60,690 bases of DNA from Nitrososphaera sp. (GTDB taxonomy: Archaea; Thermoproteota; Nitrososphaeria; Nitrososphaerales; Nitrososphaeraceae), in the NCBI GenBank assembly GCA_052038215.1, contig JBQGBZ010000063.1:1-60690 (forward strand), given 5' to 3'. The stretch's first letter is position 1, and every line of letters starts with the position of its first letter. Of this stretch, positions 60,128-60,690 are shown piece by piece. A program made the position numbers and the translations under genes. The notes under the pieces are model-generated. The model was not told the DNA's origin and searched no databases. It saw nothing but the letters and a program-made list of their open reading frames with translations.

Positions 60128-60690
60128 CAGCCGTTGTCTCTTACCCAAGGCTCATTAGCGAATTCGCTTGTTGCGCATTGCTCTGTTTCAAGTTTGGCAT
60201 ACTCATTATCCAATAGCTCGTCGTTGAGGTTGCTGGAGGAGCAATATACTACGGCGACGACACCAGAGTTGGATGTAAGCAGCATGTCGTCTTGATCTAC
60301 CAGTACAGTGCTCCCAAGACAGAGATCTCGAGTAAACTCAGTCGACTCAAGGAACATTTCTTCAGTCCTCGAAGGTGCTCCAGTAAGGGCAAGGTCAACC
60401 TTGTATATGGTGCCGTTTACATCCACATAAAGTGTATCTCCGTCTACAATTCTGGTTGCCACACCTTCAAAGCAGCCTGCCGATCCAAGGCATTCTACAT
60501 CTGACCCAGAATACACATTATCGAGTATCCTACTGAGGGTGTCAGGATCATTAAGATCGCCTTGAGTATTTTCTGCACTATCGATTGTTGTACTGGAGGT
60601 GTCAGGATCATTAAGATCGCCTTGAGTATTTTCTACAAATTGCCATTCGTTATTACCATCAGGGATCCTCTGCCAAGTACGGTCATCATC
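60124..60690 (-). CDS. Surface protein with C-terminal thermonuclease-like domain (5' end beyond the window)
   Basis: The frame is open to the window edge (DDDRTWQRIPDG..., resembling the end of a lamin-tail domain); IVDGDTL SNase motif. Confidence 0.8.
   Translation of the reverse strand, partial: DDDRTWQRIPDGNNEWQFVENTQGDLNDPDTSSTTIDSAENTQGDLNDPDTLSRILDNVYSGSDVECLGSAGCFEGVATRIVDGDTLYVDVNGTIYKVDLALTGAPSRTEEMFLESTEFTRDLCLGSTVLVDQDDMLLTSNSGVVAVVYCSSSNLNDELLDNEYAKLETEQCATSEFANEPWVRDNGC
60538..60634. repeat. 37-nt direct repeat at 60-nt spacing (coding linker)
   Basis: ggtgtcaggatcattaagatcgccttgagtattttct at 60538 and 60598; encodes ENTQGDLNDPDT twice. Confidence 0.9.

Noticed and set aside
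60538-60634. 37-nt repeat pair resembling a CRISPR repeat-spacer unit
   Set aside because: Only two copies, in frame within a coding linker, and no cas genes in the window.

Overview
This window looks like chromosomal DNA from an ammonia-oxidising archaeon (Nitrososphaerota/Thaumarchaeota, probably Nitrososphaerales). The assignment is inferred from gene content: GatD/GatE, S25e, L37e with an Sm protein, Rpo6 with a long N-terminal tail, CdvB/ESCRT-III, GPN GTPase, CofE, NurA-HerA and a probable 3HP/4HB-cycle enoyl-CoA hydratase. Most of the window is housekeeping: sulfur, cysteine and F420 genes, ribosomal proteins, DNA ligase, an ilvB-ilvN-leuA-leuB operon, carA-carB, purD, folate C1 genes, gatDE and PII. 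I found no rRNA, tRNA, CRISPR array or transposase. Two signals stand out that the ORF track misses. (1) carB is interrupted inside its conserved GE|FDYSG motif by a 26-nt insert carrying stop codons (35761-35786). The insert folds into a relaxed bulge-helix-bulge, and cutting at the canonical BHB positions exactly restores the full-length frame, so it is a candidate archaeal mRNA intron. (2) The ilvB operon is preceded by an apparently leaderless 23-codon uORF ending VHVLVLLRVA, followed by hairpins, which is a candidate Val/Leu-sensing leader-peptide attenuator in an archaeon. Other oddities are a zinc-ribbon insertion in GatE, a structured rps13 leader, missed small ORFs, a frameshifted membrane-protein gene and a probably inactive thermonuclease domain. 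All family assignments come from motif recognition by eye; no searches were run.
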